Part shown: piece after piece, positions 1-11,258 of the stretch | Position numbering within the stretch: position 1 is the stretch's first letter | Layout: each line of letters opens with the position of its first letter | NCBI GenBank assembly: GCA_965644315.1 | Contig: CBFFRQ010000013.1 | Span: forward strand, 682,001-746,000 | DNA length: 64,000 nucleotides | From: Caecitellus pseudoparvulus | Lineage: Eukaryota > Protista > Bigyra: Bicosoecida | Direction of reading: 5' to 3' | Translations under genes and position numbers: made by a program | Notes under the pieces: generated by a model | Told to the model about the DNA's origin: nothing | What the model saw: only the letters and a program-made list of their open reading frames with translations | The model's database searches: none

Positions 1-88
1 CTACTTGCTGTGAAGCCCTTTCCTGGGCGGGAAGTGGCGGCACCAGGTGCTGAGTTTCCTCCGCGTTTCGTTCAGGCCACGCGCAGGC

Positions 89-2268
89 ATGGCTGCCGTG
101 AGCAAGGCTGCCACCGGCATGGGGAGTGCCGCGGTGCACAAGGGCTTCGAATGGTTTCGGTCCATCGGCAGCCCAGCTTTCTTTGTGGCTCCCATGGTCG
201 CACACAGCGAGCTCGCGTATCGCCTGCTGTGCCGAGAATACGGTGCTCAGATGACGGTGACGCCCATGATCCACGCCAAGTGCGTGGACACCCGCACTCC
301 CCGCACTGCAATCGCGTCGGAAGTACCCCATGCACGTCATGCGCTTGCAGGAAGTTCCTGACCTCCACCACCCTCCAGCGCTCCTTCTTCGACGCATGGT
401 CTTCTGACAACCCCCTCACCGTGCAGTTCTGCGCAAACGACCCAGACGAGCTGGTCGCTGCCGCAAAACTCGTGCAGCATGCTTGTGTCGCTGTGGACAT
501 CAACCTGGGATGCCCGCAAGGTATTGCTCGCAAGGGCTTTTACGGCGCTTTCCTCTTGGAGCACGTGGAGCTGGTGGCGGCCATGGTCAAGCGTTGCGCC
601 GAGGAGCTCACCGTGCCAGTCACGTGCAAGATCCGCGTGCTGCCTGACGAAGCTGACACCATGAGGCTGGTGGATGCCATCGTTGAAGCAGGGGCCAGCT
701 TGCTGACGGTACATGGCCGCACGCGGCAGGAGAACAAGACGCTGGCAGTCGAGGCCCACTGGGATGCCATCCGTGCCATCAAGCAGCGCGTGCCCATTCC
801 AGTTATTGCCAATGGCGGCATGTTCAACCAAGCTGACATTGCGAGATGCCTGCATGAGACGGGCGCAGATGGCGTCATGCTGTCTGAAGCAGTGCTGGAG
901 AACCCCAGCGTGTTTTCAGGCGGCGTGCACCTGCCGTCTGGTCGCGTACACAACGCACTGGACATGACATGGAGGTACTTGGAAATCGCTGAGGCGGTGG
1001 GTGCAAGGTGGAAACACGTGCAAGGGCACACACTGAAAATGCTGTATGGAGGTCTGTCCCAGCACGCTGACCTGCAGCAAGCGCTGCCGAAGGTGCCGTA
1101 CAAGCAGCAGTATGCGGGCGTGCGCCGCATCGTGCGGGAGCTGGCAGCTCGCTTTGACGTGCCTCTCCACGACACCCCCCTCACACACACACTGCTGCCC
1201 CCCGATGACGTCAGTGCTGACCGCATCCTGTGGCAAGTGCGCTCGGCAGCCCAGGAAGCGTTCATGGCCGCTCAGACGAAGCATGACCGAGCAAACATGA
1301 CCCTGCCTCTTGTGCGTGCCAGGGATGAGGCCCTGGCGGCAGCAGCAGCGGCTGTCATGGAGCATGGCAAGGTGCGAGTCCCCTGCCTTCCACTGCCAGT
1401 GTGCGCCGAGGTAGCTGCGGCAGCCATGCGATTGCCTGCCGTGCCCACTGCCCCTGCCAGCGCAGCCTCCCGTCACTTGGCTGAGCAGGCAGCAGCTGTA
1501 CAGCAACCTCCTCCTGCGGAGGGCAGTGGTCTGACGAGGGGCCAGCAGCCAATGCCTCCACTCTGCACCCCACGCCCCTACTTCATGCGGGAGGTGGTGG
1601 CTTGGGCCAGTGGGGACAGAGTGACCAAGGCAGCCATGGAGCTCGCCCACCCCACAGACATCACCTTCCCGCGGCCGGGTATGTGGTACTACCGGCACGC
1701 ACCACGAGTCATCGCTGCGGCCTTGGCACCTTGTGCCACGGCTGCAGAAGCCATGCTGGACATCGCCATGGCCCGGGCTGCTCGCTTTCGCACGCACGTG
1801 GTGCGGGATGCGGGTGCCCTCAAAGCATACCTGCTTGCCAAGCATGGGCAGGCCCTGGGAGTTTCCAGCACTCATGTGCACCCTTGTAAGCCACCATGCC
1901 GGGGGTATTCAGTGCTCCCTGCTTCTCTCCCGGCAGTGTACTCCTGCCCGCCCTCGTCAGCTGCTTCTCTGCAGGAAGACGAGCCTGCACTGACCAGCGC
2001 CCGTACTTGGCTGGAGCAAGACTTGACTCGCATCCCCTCCAGTATGCGGGAGGCGCTGGCTGCTGAAATGGTGCCCCTGCCCATCATGGATGCGGAGCAA
2101 GCGTTGGCCTTGGCCCGCGGTACCATTTCAGCCGAGGAGTTGGGCGGGCCTCAGGCAGGCGAGGGCGCAGACGTCATCGACGGCGCGCCTGATGCCGACG
2201 AAGCACCCACCGTGGGCATGGCGCACCTCTTTGGCGAAGAGGGCGGTGACGATGAGTTCGAGGAGTGA
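89..2268 (+). CDS. DUS1: tRNA-dihydrouridine synthase (DUS1-like) with long C-terminal extension
   Basis: Motifs APMV..SEL, VQFCAND, DINLGCPQGIARKGFYGAFL, TVHGRT, IANGG. Removing intron 280-350 (GTGCGT..TTGCAG) joins ORF 47-361 to ORF 10-2268 in frame. Confidence 0.9.
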
Positions 2269-2328
2269 GGCTCCTCCACGTGTGCATTTCAGGCACTCAG
2301 CAATGCAGTGCCTCGTCAACAGGCTTGC

Positions 2329-3130
2329 TTAGCTGCGGCCACCGCGAGAGCTGGCGAACTGGAACTTGACATCCTTGGAGGTCATGGCCTTGTACACAGC
2401 CGAGAAGGTGTCCAGCTTGTTCTCCAACTGCACCTGCTCCTTGGGGTCCAGGAAGACGTTCATGGTCTTGCTGCCGTCGGTGCGCAGGACAGTCTGCTTG
2501 CCGACGATCTGGCTGGGGAACACGACGTCGTCCAGGAGGGCCTCCTGCACCACCTTCAGCGTGCGGGAGCGGGGGATGGGGCCCTTGTTCACGCTGTTGC
2601 GCTTCCATGCCTTGCCCAGCATGGTGCGGTTGGCCACGATGAGGACGTGGGAGTCGGTGAACTTCTTCTCCAGCTCCTCGACCAGGCTCTTCTGGATCTT
2701 GTGGTAGTCAGCCAGCTGGGTGTAGGGCACGAACAGCACAACTGCGGTCTTGCCATCAGCGGTGATCTCGCGAGCAGCGGTGATGTGCAGGGGGAACAGG
2801 TCGGCCTTCATGCCGGAGTGGTTCGCCTCGATGTTGTAGATCTCCTGAGCCACCTGCTCCTCGAAGGGAGTGGGGGTGGCATCACCGGCCTTCTTGATCT
2901 TGCGACGGCCCTGCGAGCACGGAGAGGGACTTAGAGTGCACGCTCGTGCCTAAACGCTGTCTGCATCGCCCACGCCCGCTGCTTCAGCCTAGGAAACATG
3001 GAGGCACGCCCCCACAGCACCAGCCTCAATTTCCGCAATGCACAGATCTCTGGCCCCCCCCACAAGCTGCACCAGGGCCCACCACAAGGCGCCGATGCCC
3101 AACTAAGCGCACTGAACTCACCAGGAACAT
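2329..3130 (-). CDS. RPS7: 40S ribosomal protein S7 (eS7)
   Basis: LVEELEKKF..HVLIVANRT, PRSRTLKVVQEALLDDVVFP, FSAVYK. Micro-exon ATG TTC CTG (3130-3122), intron 3121-2911, then GRRKIKK in frame. Probable 5'UTR intron 3215-3132. Confidence 0.95.
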
Positions 3131-4085
3131 GCTGTGCAGAGGAAGGCAGATGCGGCAAAAGGTGTGGCGCAAGCTGCAGGTGTGGAAGGGCACTGTCGGC
3201 GCTGCGGCAACTCACGCTGACGAAAATGTGATGAGCTGGAGTTAAACAACACCTGCCAACAGCTGAACAGCTGAAAAACATAAGGGTGTGCACGTGGGTG
3301 GGGCTCTGAAAGTGCAGGGGCGAGGCTGGCTGCCCTGGCGAGCAAAGGTATGCCGGAGGGTGCATAAATCGGGTGCGCGAATGATGTACTTTCCAGGTTT
3401 CCGGAGGCTGAGCGTACCCCCCCTCCCTGCCATGCACCCCGCGCAGTGCAGAGAGCACTAATCGCACTGGGGAGATGTAATGATACTGAAGGTTGCCTTG
3501 CGGAAGTTTATCCCTCACTCAAGGTCGTTGTGCTGTGTGCAAGTGGGAAACGCCTGAATGGCGATTTGCTCCACGCCCAGCGACGACGGCCCAGCAGGTG
3601 CCACTTGAGCAGAGAGAAAGACAAATATTTTGGCGTGGGGTTGCCATTGGCGCCTCGGGGCGCGGTGCAAGGGCTGAACAAGCGGCAACGCAGCACCACA
3701 AACGCTACCCCGTCCAGGCCCGCCTGCGAGTTGCGCATCTTGAGTAACTGCCGCAAGAGGGCTGACCAGAGACCACCCTGGTTCATGTGTTTGGACTTCA
3801 TAGCAATTCTTTGTAGGGGCGTCTCCGTGAGGGAAAGCTGTGCTCGTTTCATTGAACTTTCGCCGTTGGTGCAGCGTGGCACCGCACTGCACATTCACTT
3901 CCCCACCAGACCTTTCACACCTGGTGTGCCACTCACACATTTTTCTTCGCCGTTGCCCGTGCCCACCCGTGCTCTCAAACCCACCCTCCGCCCCTGCAAC
4001 AGTTGCCGTGCGGAAATTGGCAGGACCAGAGTTGAGCTAAAGCCGAGGCAGGACCCGCAACGCGGAAGAAACGCACGCTCGCGAC

Positions 4086-5820
4086 ATGTCAGAGGCTGGC
4101 CGAACGCTGCTGTCAGATGAATCGTGAGTCTGTGTGTGCCTTGCAGCAGCACACGTGTGCACTGTGCCCTGCAACCCGACCGCAGCAAGGATGCGCCCCA
4201 GTGGCCCTGGGGCCTCTGGGTATCAGCAGGCTTGCTGGCGACTGGAAGCTTTCTATCGGGATGGCACACTGCTGTGCTGAATACCACGTTGGATGAGGGA
4301 GAAGTTGGTTCCCTCCTGCACTCCATCTCGCTTTCTGTGCCAGCCCGTGAGGCTGCCAGTGCGCTGACCATCGCAGGCGGAGCTGTCGGCTCTGCCATGG
4401 CCTTCATCCCGCAGCGGTTCGGTTACCGCCCCACCATCCTCTGCACCAACCTGATCTTCATCGGTGGCACGCTGCTCACCCTGTTCCCCACACTTGAGAC
4501 TCTCCTCGTGGGGCGTGTGTTGGTGGGCATTGCCGTCGGCATCAACAACACCACTGCTCCGGTGCTGCTGTCGGAGATCGCACCAGATGCGGTGAGGGGC
4601 CTCTTCACAACCATGCATCAACTGGGCATAACCATTGGCATCCTTGCATCTGGTCTGGCTGGCTTCGGTTTCGTCTCCTACGTGCCCATGGGTTGGCGCT
4701 ACTTGTTCATGCTGGGCTTCATCTGCCCGGCTGTACAGCTGTTGTTTGGGTGGTACTTCCTCCCTGAGAGCCCTAGATGGTTGCTGAGGCAGGCTCAGCA
4801 CGAAAAGGCCCGTGCGGTGTGAGTCAGACACCCCTGCACAGCACCGCTCCCTCGCAACGCTAGCACCCACTGCTCCCCCTGCTTCGCAGTCTCACGGTGC
4901 TTCGCCCGGCAGCATGGGGTGTGGAGAAAGAACTGGACATCATGGCAGCATCGGCTGAAGCCGAGGCTGCTGCGCAAGCAGGTGTCACGTGGGCATCCCT
5001 GTTGGAGCCCCAGAACCGGAAAGCGCTCACCATCGGCGTAGGCATGCTGCTGTACAGCTGCTTCTCAGGCATCAACACTGTCATCCTGTACTCCACCACC
5101 ATCTTTGGCTTTGCAGGGGTCAAGTCGGCCCTCCTCTCCACTGTCCTTGTCTTCGGCCTCAACGTGCTCATGACCATCTTCGTCACCGCTGCTGTGGACC
5201 GGGCAGGTCGCAAGGTGTTCCTGCTCTCCGGCTCAGCAGCCATGATCGTCGCCCTCGTCTCCCTTGGCGTGGTGCTGCTGGCCATGCCCACGAGCACGGT
5301 GCAGGGCTGGTTGGCGGTGCTGGCTGTGCTGGTGTACGTTGCCGGCTTCGCCGTGTCCTTTGGAGGTGTGGGCTTCACGCTGCTATCGGAGGTGGTGCCC
5401 ACGGCCATCCGACCCAAGGCCTTTGCCGTCGCCTTGACTTCCAACTTCGTCAGCAACCTGGCGCTGACCCTTTCAGTGCTGTCCCTCATCGAGGCCCTCG
5501 GCTGGGGCGCCCCCGAGCACCACCGCAAGCGTGGAGTGGCAGTGCTGTACCTCGTCTTCGCCGGCATTGTGGCGTCTGCATTCGCCTTCGTGTGGCTGTA
5601 CGTTCCAGAGACCAAGGGCAGGTCCCTCGAAGAAATCGCACGCCTCATGGGCACAAGTCCTGAAGCCTTGCAGGCCCCAACTCTGCTGCCACAGGGAAGC
5701 GGACCCGAGACTGCCATGGACCACACCAGCTCCTCGCCGGCCGGCATCTCACTGCCCGGCGGGCGCAGCGGCAGCGCCGAGCAGCAGCCACTCATCCGTC
5801 GCGCTGCAGCAGCAGTGTGA
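4086..5820 (+). CDS. MFS sugar porter (GLUT/inositol transporter family)
   Basis: FGYRP, GRVLVG, SEIAP..RG, PESPRWL, DRAGRK, SEVVP..IR, PETKGRSLEEI motifs and many hydrophobic helices. Introns 4124-4185 and 4819-4889. Confidence 0.9.
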
Positions 5821-5833
5821 CATTCTGCGCACA

Positions 5834-6402
5834 TCACCGCTGCTCTGTGGTATCGGGGTCGGTGCCACTCCCATCCTCGGCGCTGGCTACGGCGGCTGTT
5901 GGGGGCTTGAACAGCTCGGGCTGCGAAGTGTACACCTTCTCCCACTGCTCACGCAGGTTATCAGGCAGTGTGGCTGGGAGCGTCACCTTTCCAGACTCAG
6001 CATCATAGATCAGCAGCCACTCTCTCTTCAGCTGGGAGCGCACGCGGCGCTCCTTCTTCTCCCGAGCCCAATCTGCACCAGCGCACGCAAACACTCCGCT
6101 TGCAGCAGGCAATGCACTGAAACCGCTGGCTGCGAGGGGGACTCACCACCGAATTTGAAAACACCCCGAACTTTTGCCCGATCCGCAGTCTGTGAGCAGG
6201 GCGGCCGGCGCAGGTCTGCATCGGGACTCCCGCCCGGCCCAGCGTTTCATGCGCCACACACCCTGGGATAAGGCTGCACATCAGTGACAACCCAGTGCGT
6301 ACCGGGGTACTTCAACCACCTCCTTCGCGTGAAGTGGCTTCCCACGCCGAGCGTGCGCATGAGGAAGATGTGGTCGAAGAGGTTCTGGCCCGCTTTCGTC
6401 AT
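5834..6402 (-). CDS. Mitochondrial ribosomal protein mS34-like
   Basis: Spliced product QNLFD..LGVGSHFTRRRW..THWVVT..AKVRGVFKFG..RRVRSQLKREW resembles MRP-S34. Two inferred introns (~6261-6190 and ~6146-6074). Start codon uncertain. Confidence 0.65.
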
Positions 6403-6572
6403 GCCTAATGCTGGGAGCGGGAAAGTCGAAACGCTGTCAGCTACGCCTTGTTCACGACACTGTACTGGCAAGGCCCAAGACGGCCAGCTCGAAGGTGAAG
6501 AGCTGCTTCAGAACCTCGGAAGTAATTGAAAGTGCCCTGCATCTGAATTGACGTGGAGGTGTTGCGCACGCA

Positions 6573-9500
6573 TCAGCGACGGACACCACGAGGGGGGCCC
6601 CGCCGAGAGCCGGGCCCGCCACGGTCGTCCCTGCGGGCACCCTTGGGGCCGTGCATGCCGCCACCCCCTCGGTCTCCATCACGTGGACGCTTTGTGCCGC
6701 GCTGTGGCTCGGGGCCACCTGGTCGGTGAGGCTGCCCCCCGCGGTGGTGCCCTTGCGCGTGGCCATGTCCACCACGCCCCCCAAAGTGGTCACGCGGAGG
6801 GGGGGGTGACGCACGAGGCCGCCCATCTCCATCCCGAGGCGCGTCCCCTGCGAATGCCTCACCACCCCGTGATACTTGCAGTGAGCTCCCCCGCCCGCCA
6901 GCAGGCCGCCGACCCGCCCAATCCTTGCGTTCTGACTGGGCTGGAGCCGGCCGCGTGTCGCGCCTGACCGCCTGGCTCGCCACAGGCGGCTGGGAGGGCG
7001 CAGGTGGCACGGACTTGACACGCCGGCCGTCGTCAGCGTGAATAGAAGCAGGCAGGCCTTCCAGGCGCGGGGACAGCATGGCATGAAACCCACGCGCCAA
7101 CGTCTTGAGGTCCTGCCGGGAGTCCGTGTCGCGCACCGCCTCCACTTGGCGCAGGATCTTGCTGCCCTTGGCTTTTGCAAAGGGGTACAGGCCGTGCAGC
7201 CGCCGCAGCACAAGGATGGAGTTCTTGATGTGGGTGTGCTCCCCCGTCTTGAGGAGCACTTCAAACACCGTGCACAGTCGGTTGTCCCACGCGTTCATGC
7301 AGGTCAAGTACTCCCGGTGGGAGATGAGGGCCGGCTGGCTGAACTTCTTGCGCCAACTCTTGCGCAGCTGCCGCTCCGCCTCGAACGTCTTGCCGTCGGA
7401 CCACACCATGAGCTGGCTGAGCACCTCCCGCAAGAAAATGCCCAAGTTCACTGCCTCCACCTCAGTGCAAGCCGGCAGCGTCGAGACGCAGCACGCCAGC
7501 GTCTGAGTGAACAGCTTGATGGACGACAGATTTGGCACATCCAGCTCGTGGAGCAGCAGGATGAAGCGAGCAGCGAACAGCGCATCCTGGGGTGACAGCA
7601 GCGCCCGTGGCACTGTGCACATGTGGCTGAAGTGGTACCACACCTCGACGCGGGTGCTGCGAGGCACGAAGGTCGGGGCCAGCACCTCCAGCGCTGCCAA
7701 CACAGCTTCGGTGTGTGCCCTGTGAGAAGACATCGACTTCTCAAGCTCTGCCAAGTTCGCCTGGGCTTCAGCGGCCTGTGCGGCAGCAGCCTTCCGCTCT
7801 GCGGGGGTGGCAGTGTGGCTGTCCAACGCCCGCTGAGCGGCAGCACTGGACGACTTGAGCGCTGCAATGGAGGCAGAGTAGGCGCCCTGCGGAAAGAAAA
7901 TGTCAGGCGCGTCGTGGGACCAGAATGCAGAGTACAGGGAGGAGGACAGGGAATCCCAAACGCTGCCGCTGCTGGGGGTGCTGATGCTGGCGCCATCCTT
8001 CGTTCGCAGCACTTGGGCTGGGGCCACTTGCAACAAAACCTCCACGCCCTTCCGCATCCCCGTGCTGCGCAAGGCGTGCAGCGGGGATGCTACAACGCCC
8101 ACATTCAGAGCTGTGCTGCTATCCACCTGCTCAGTGGGTGCTGCATCCCCGCTGGGGTCGCTGGCCTGTGTGGCCGCCGCAGGTTGACCCTCGCTTGCAG
8201 CGACGCCAGAGCCTGCGTCCTCACCCTCAACGTGGTCGGGTGGCGACTCAGCACCGTCCGATTCCTCCCAGGCAGCAACCTTGACCTGTTCACCACCCCG
8301 CAGCACAGCACAGCCCCCCGGGTACGTCACGGCGCGGATGAGGGGTCGCACCAGCGCCCAGGCCGTCGCTGTCGGGAGGGAGAAGCTTGTGAACAGGTCC
8401 GCAACACTGGGCAGAGCTTCGGCCAGCTGGGGAGCCGTGAGCTCGCCCCCCTGCACAACCTCCAAAAGCTGCAGCAGCAGCGAGTGAACGGCATCGTACC
8501 GAGCCCCCATGATCTTCAAGGGCAGCGAGGCAGAGCTCTCACCGTACAGCACCTGCCCTCGAAGCTGCGCCAGAGCCAACAACAGCACGCTCAAAGGCGG
8601 CGCCTTGCCTGCTTGTTGGTTCCGCAGCAGCACCTTCACGAAGTGAGCCACGCCTTGGGCCTTGGGCAGGTCTTCGCTCCGCACCATGGCCGTGACTTGC
8701 TTCAGCAAGCTGGGGCCTGCGAGACCTTGCACGGCAGAGTCAGCAATGTCGGCGACATGAGTCACCCCGACGCCTCCCTCCACGAGCGCCTTCAGGGGCC
8801 ACACAGGGTGCAAATCACCACACAGGAGGCGACGCTGAAGCTGGAACATCAAGCCTTGAATGGGTGCAGATGGAAAGCGACGGACAAAGGTGCAACAGAA
8901 GGCGCTGACGGCGGAGAGCCACGGCTGAGGCGTCAACCCGTCTTCTTGCAAAGCAGCCCGCTGGGAAGCAGCCAGGGCCGTCAAGGAATAAACTGCTTGG
9001 TCCAAAGACATAGGAGACATGGACCACATGCCCTGCGACGTCACCAACTCAATCAAATTCGCGTACTGCTGCAGAGATGTGAGCAGCGTCTGGAACAACA
9101 CTAGCCCGTTGCAGGGCGCAACCTTCCCAAACTGCTGGCCAGCACGGCGAATGGTGTCCTCAGCCACGCGCTTCAGCGCCTGCTTCGTTTCGGTGTCGGC
9201 ACGCAGTCCCATGAGCTTGCCGAACAAGTCCATGCCCACGCCGAGCCTGGCAGGCGGCGCACACAAGTGCGTCGCGTCACCGCACAGGTGCACGGGCACG
9301 ACCGCTGGCGCTCCACCGTACACATCTCGCAACATGTGCGCGTACACGGCGTACCTCAGATGCCAGGGAAGGGTTCCGAGGCAACTCCAAACAGCAGAAG
9401 AAGCGCTCCGGTCAGCTCCACAGGCGGCCAGGGCAGGCACTATGACATACTGCATCCACGAAAGGACGACTCCTCGCGGACTGGCCGCGTCCACACGCGA

Positions 9501-11258
9501 CTCGCTGGAGCTTGGCGGGCTGCCACTCTGAGCAAGAGCGGCGCAGCACGCACACAACCGCTTGAACAACTCCCTCGACTGGCTCAAGCCCAGCCCGAGA
9601 CATGCAACCACAGGGGCAACGCGCTGCAGCAGAGCAATGCTGGCCTCGGCACCAGCAGGCAGCAACAGCAGGGCCAAGTCAATCAGGCAAGTAGCAAGAG
9701 GGGGGCAAATACCCGGGTGTGTCCCACCCCCCTCCCCATGTACTGCCAACAACTCCATAGCGAGCTGCCACGCCGTGCAGTGCACTGAGGCTGCTCCACT
9801 GACAGAATTCCAATCAGCAGCTGCGAGAGAACCAACTTTGCCTGACGCCAGGCTCCCCCCTTGCTCCAGGCACCGTGCTGCAGCTGAGGTGCTCAGCACA
9901 ACCAGCCCACGAACAATGCCCACCAGGCCATCCTTGCAGGTCAGTGCTGCCAACGCTGCCTCGGGACAACGCAGGCAGCGGGCGTGCTGCGCCGCCGGCA
10001 CCAGGCCGGCGCCGTCATGAAGATGGGAGGCGCTTGCACCCGGACTGCCAGACCACACTCCAGACACACTGATTGGGGTGCTGCCAAGGATGTAGCCCGC
10101 ACTGCCAAGGCCGGGAGGAGCCTGAGCAGTGGTCTGCAGATCCTTCACACCAGCCCCAACGCTAGAGCCGCCGAGGGACAGCACAGAGTATGATGCACAC
10201 GCTTCAGACAGCGCCTCTTGAACTGCGGCGCCGCCCGCGCCGGCCTGAACATGCGCCAGCACGTCGGCGACGCTCAGACGGCCCTGGCACAACAACAGGG
10301 CTGTCGTGATGCTGCTCGCAAAGGAGGTCCCTCCTCCCGACATCCCCTCGCTGGCTGGTGTTGGCAGTAGTGATGAGGCATCTGCGCCTGCTTCCTGCTC
10401 TTCGCGAGGCTGATCAGCCGCTGCAATGTGGAAACCCCACAGGTGCGGGAGGCTGGCTTCGCTGAAGGTGTCAAACAATCTGGTGTACGTGCTGGACAGC
10501 TCTGCCAATCTGGCAAAAGGCAAGGCCTGCCTCAAACTGAGCAAGCGCTTACGCGCCAGGAGGGGCGGGACCCCCGCTGCTTGCTTAACACTCCGGCGCA
10601 GCCCGGCAAGTGCAAGCTCAGACACACCCCGCTCCAGGCCACACAGTGTCAGGTCAAGCAGCCTGTTTGCGTCGACTCGAAACCTGCCCACATACGCCCG
10701 TAAGTGCTCCACGGCAAGTGCGGGTGATGCTGGCGTTTCCGCAACCACCTCCAACACACTCTTGGCGAAGCCTTCACTTGCCTCAGCCAACAGGTTGTAC
10801 TTGCTCTGCTTGTAAAATCGACCCGTCCCTGCTCGCCTCACAGCAGGCAACAGAGAAGGAACCAGACGAGAAGTGCCGATGCATGCGTCTGGCAACGCGA
10901 CAGCCACAAGGTCGCTTGGGATGCCCTGAACCAAGCGCCGAATTGAGCTGCCAAGCGCTTCCTTTGAAGCACCCGGGTCTGAGCAAGCTCCGTGCAAGTG
11001 CCACAGCAACGTCACAGACTCGACGACAACTGCATGCCAGACTTCACTAGAAGCCTTGTTCACTTCGCAGAAGCCCCGCTCAAGGCCACTGAGGTCCACT
11101 GCTCCACGAGCCGCAGACCACACCACCCCTGCCACAACCCGCCTGCTCCATTCCCGCTTGTCAGCACATTGGCTTGCCGCTTTCTGGACCAAACTGACCA
11201 CAGCATCCACTGAATCTGGGACAGATTCGCAGAGAATCTGCTCGAAAAGGCTCATCAT
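6573..11258 (-). CDS. THOC2: THO complex subunit 2
   Basis: FYKQSKYNLLAEASEGFAK, GRFRVDANRLLD, LYSAFWS, PRALLSPQDALFAARF, CTEVEAVNLGIFL, RQDLKTLA, plus an Arg/Gly-rich tail. Confidence 0.88.
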   Translation of the reverse strand: MMSLFEQILCESVPDSVDAVVSLVQKAASQCADKREWSRRVVAGVVWSAARGAVDLSGLERGFCEVNKASSEVWHAVVVESVTLLWHLHGACSDPGASKEALGSSIRRLVQGIPSDLVAVALPDACIGTSRLVPSLLPAVRRAGTGRFYKQSKYNLLAEASEGFAKSVLEVVAETPASPALAVEHLRAYVGRFRVDANRLLDLTLCGLERGVSELALAGLRRSVKQAAGVPPLLARKRLLSLRQALPFARLAELSSTYTRLFDTFSEASLPHLWGFHIAAADQPREEQEAGADASSLLPTPASEGMSGGGTSFASSITTALLLCQGRLSVADVLAHVQAGAGGAAVQEALSEACASYSVLSLGGSSVGAGVKDLQTTAQAPPGLGSAGYILGSTPISVSGVWSGSPGASASHLHDGAGLVPAAQHARCLRCPEAALAALTCKDGLVGIVRGLVVLSTSAAARCLEQGGSLASGKVGSLAAADWNSVSGAASVHCTAWQLAMELLAVHGEGGGTHPGICPPLATCLIDLALLLLPAGAEASIALLQRVAPVVACLGLGLSQSRELFKRLCACCAALAQSGSPPSSSESRVDAASPRGVVLSWMQYVIVPALAACGADRSASSAVWSCLGTLPWHLRYAVYAHMLRDVYGGAPAVVPVHLCGDATHLCAPPARLGVGMDLFGKLMGLRADTETKQALKRVAEDTIRRAGQQFGKVAPCNGLVLFQTLLTSLQQYANLIELVTSQGMWSMSPMSLDQAVYSLTALAASQRAALQEDGLTPQPWLSAVSAFCCTFVRRFPSAPIQGLMFQLQRRLLCGDLHPVWPLKALVEGGVGVTHVADIADSAVQGLAGPSLLKQVTAMVRSEDLPKAQGVAHFVKVLLRNQQAGKAPPLSVLLLALAQLRGQVLYGESSASLPLKIMGARYDAVHSLLLQLLEVVQGGELTAPQLAEALPSVADLFTSFSLPTATAWALVRPLIRAVTYPGGCAVLRGGEQVKVAAWEESDGAESPPDHVEGEDAGSGVAASEGQPAAATQASDPSGDAAPTEQVDSSTALNVGVVASPLHALRSTGMRKGVEVLLQVAPAQVLRTKDGASISTPSSGSVWDSLSSSLYSAFWSHDAPDIFFPQGAYSASIAALKSSSAAAQRALDSHTATPAERKAAAAQAAEAQANLAELEKSMSSHRAHTEAVLAALEVLAPTFVPRSTRVEVWYHFSHMCTVPRALLSPQDALFAARFILLLHELDVPNLSSIKLFTQTLACCVSTLPACTEVEAVNLGIFLREVLSQLMVWSDGKTFEAERQLRKSWRKKFSQPALISHREYLTCMNAWDNRLCTVFEVLLKTGEHTHIKNSILVLRRLHGLYPFAKAKGSKILRQVEAVRDTDSRQDLKTLARGFHAMLSPRLEGLPASIHADDGRRVKSVPPAPSQPPVASQAVRRDTRPAPAQSERKDWAGRRPAGGRGSSLQVSRGGEAFAGDAPRDGDGRPRASPPPPRDHFGGRGGHGHAQGHHRGGQPHRPGGPEPQRGTKRPRDGDRGGGGMHGPKGARRDDRGGPGSRRGPPRGVRR

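Noticed and set aside
3228-3266. GTGATGA..CTGA box C/D pair
   Set aside because: Only ~40 nt apart and antisense to the RPS7 5' region.
3828-4042. GGAAAGCT ... ACCAGAGTTGAGCTA resembling RNase P/MRP CR-I and CR-V
   Set aside because: P4 pairing does not extend beyond 4 bp.
7623-9104. Long antisense ORFs (493 aa here; also 44455-45636, 34961-35899, 36827-37819)
   Set aside because: Shadow frames of GC-rich coding genes with no motifs of their own.
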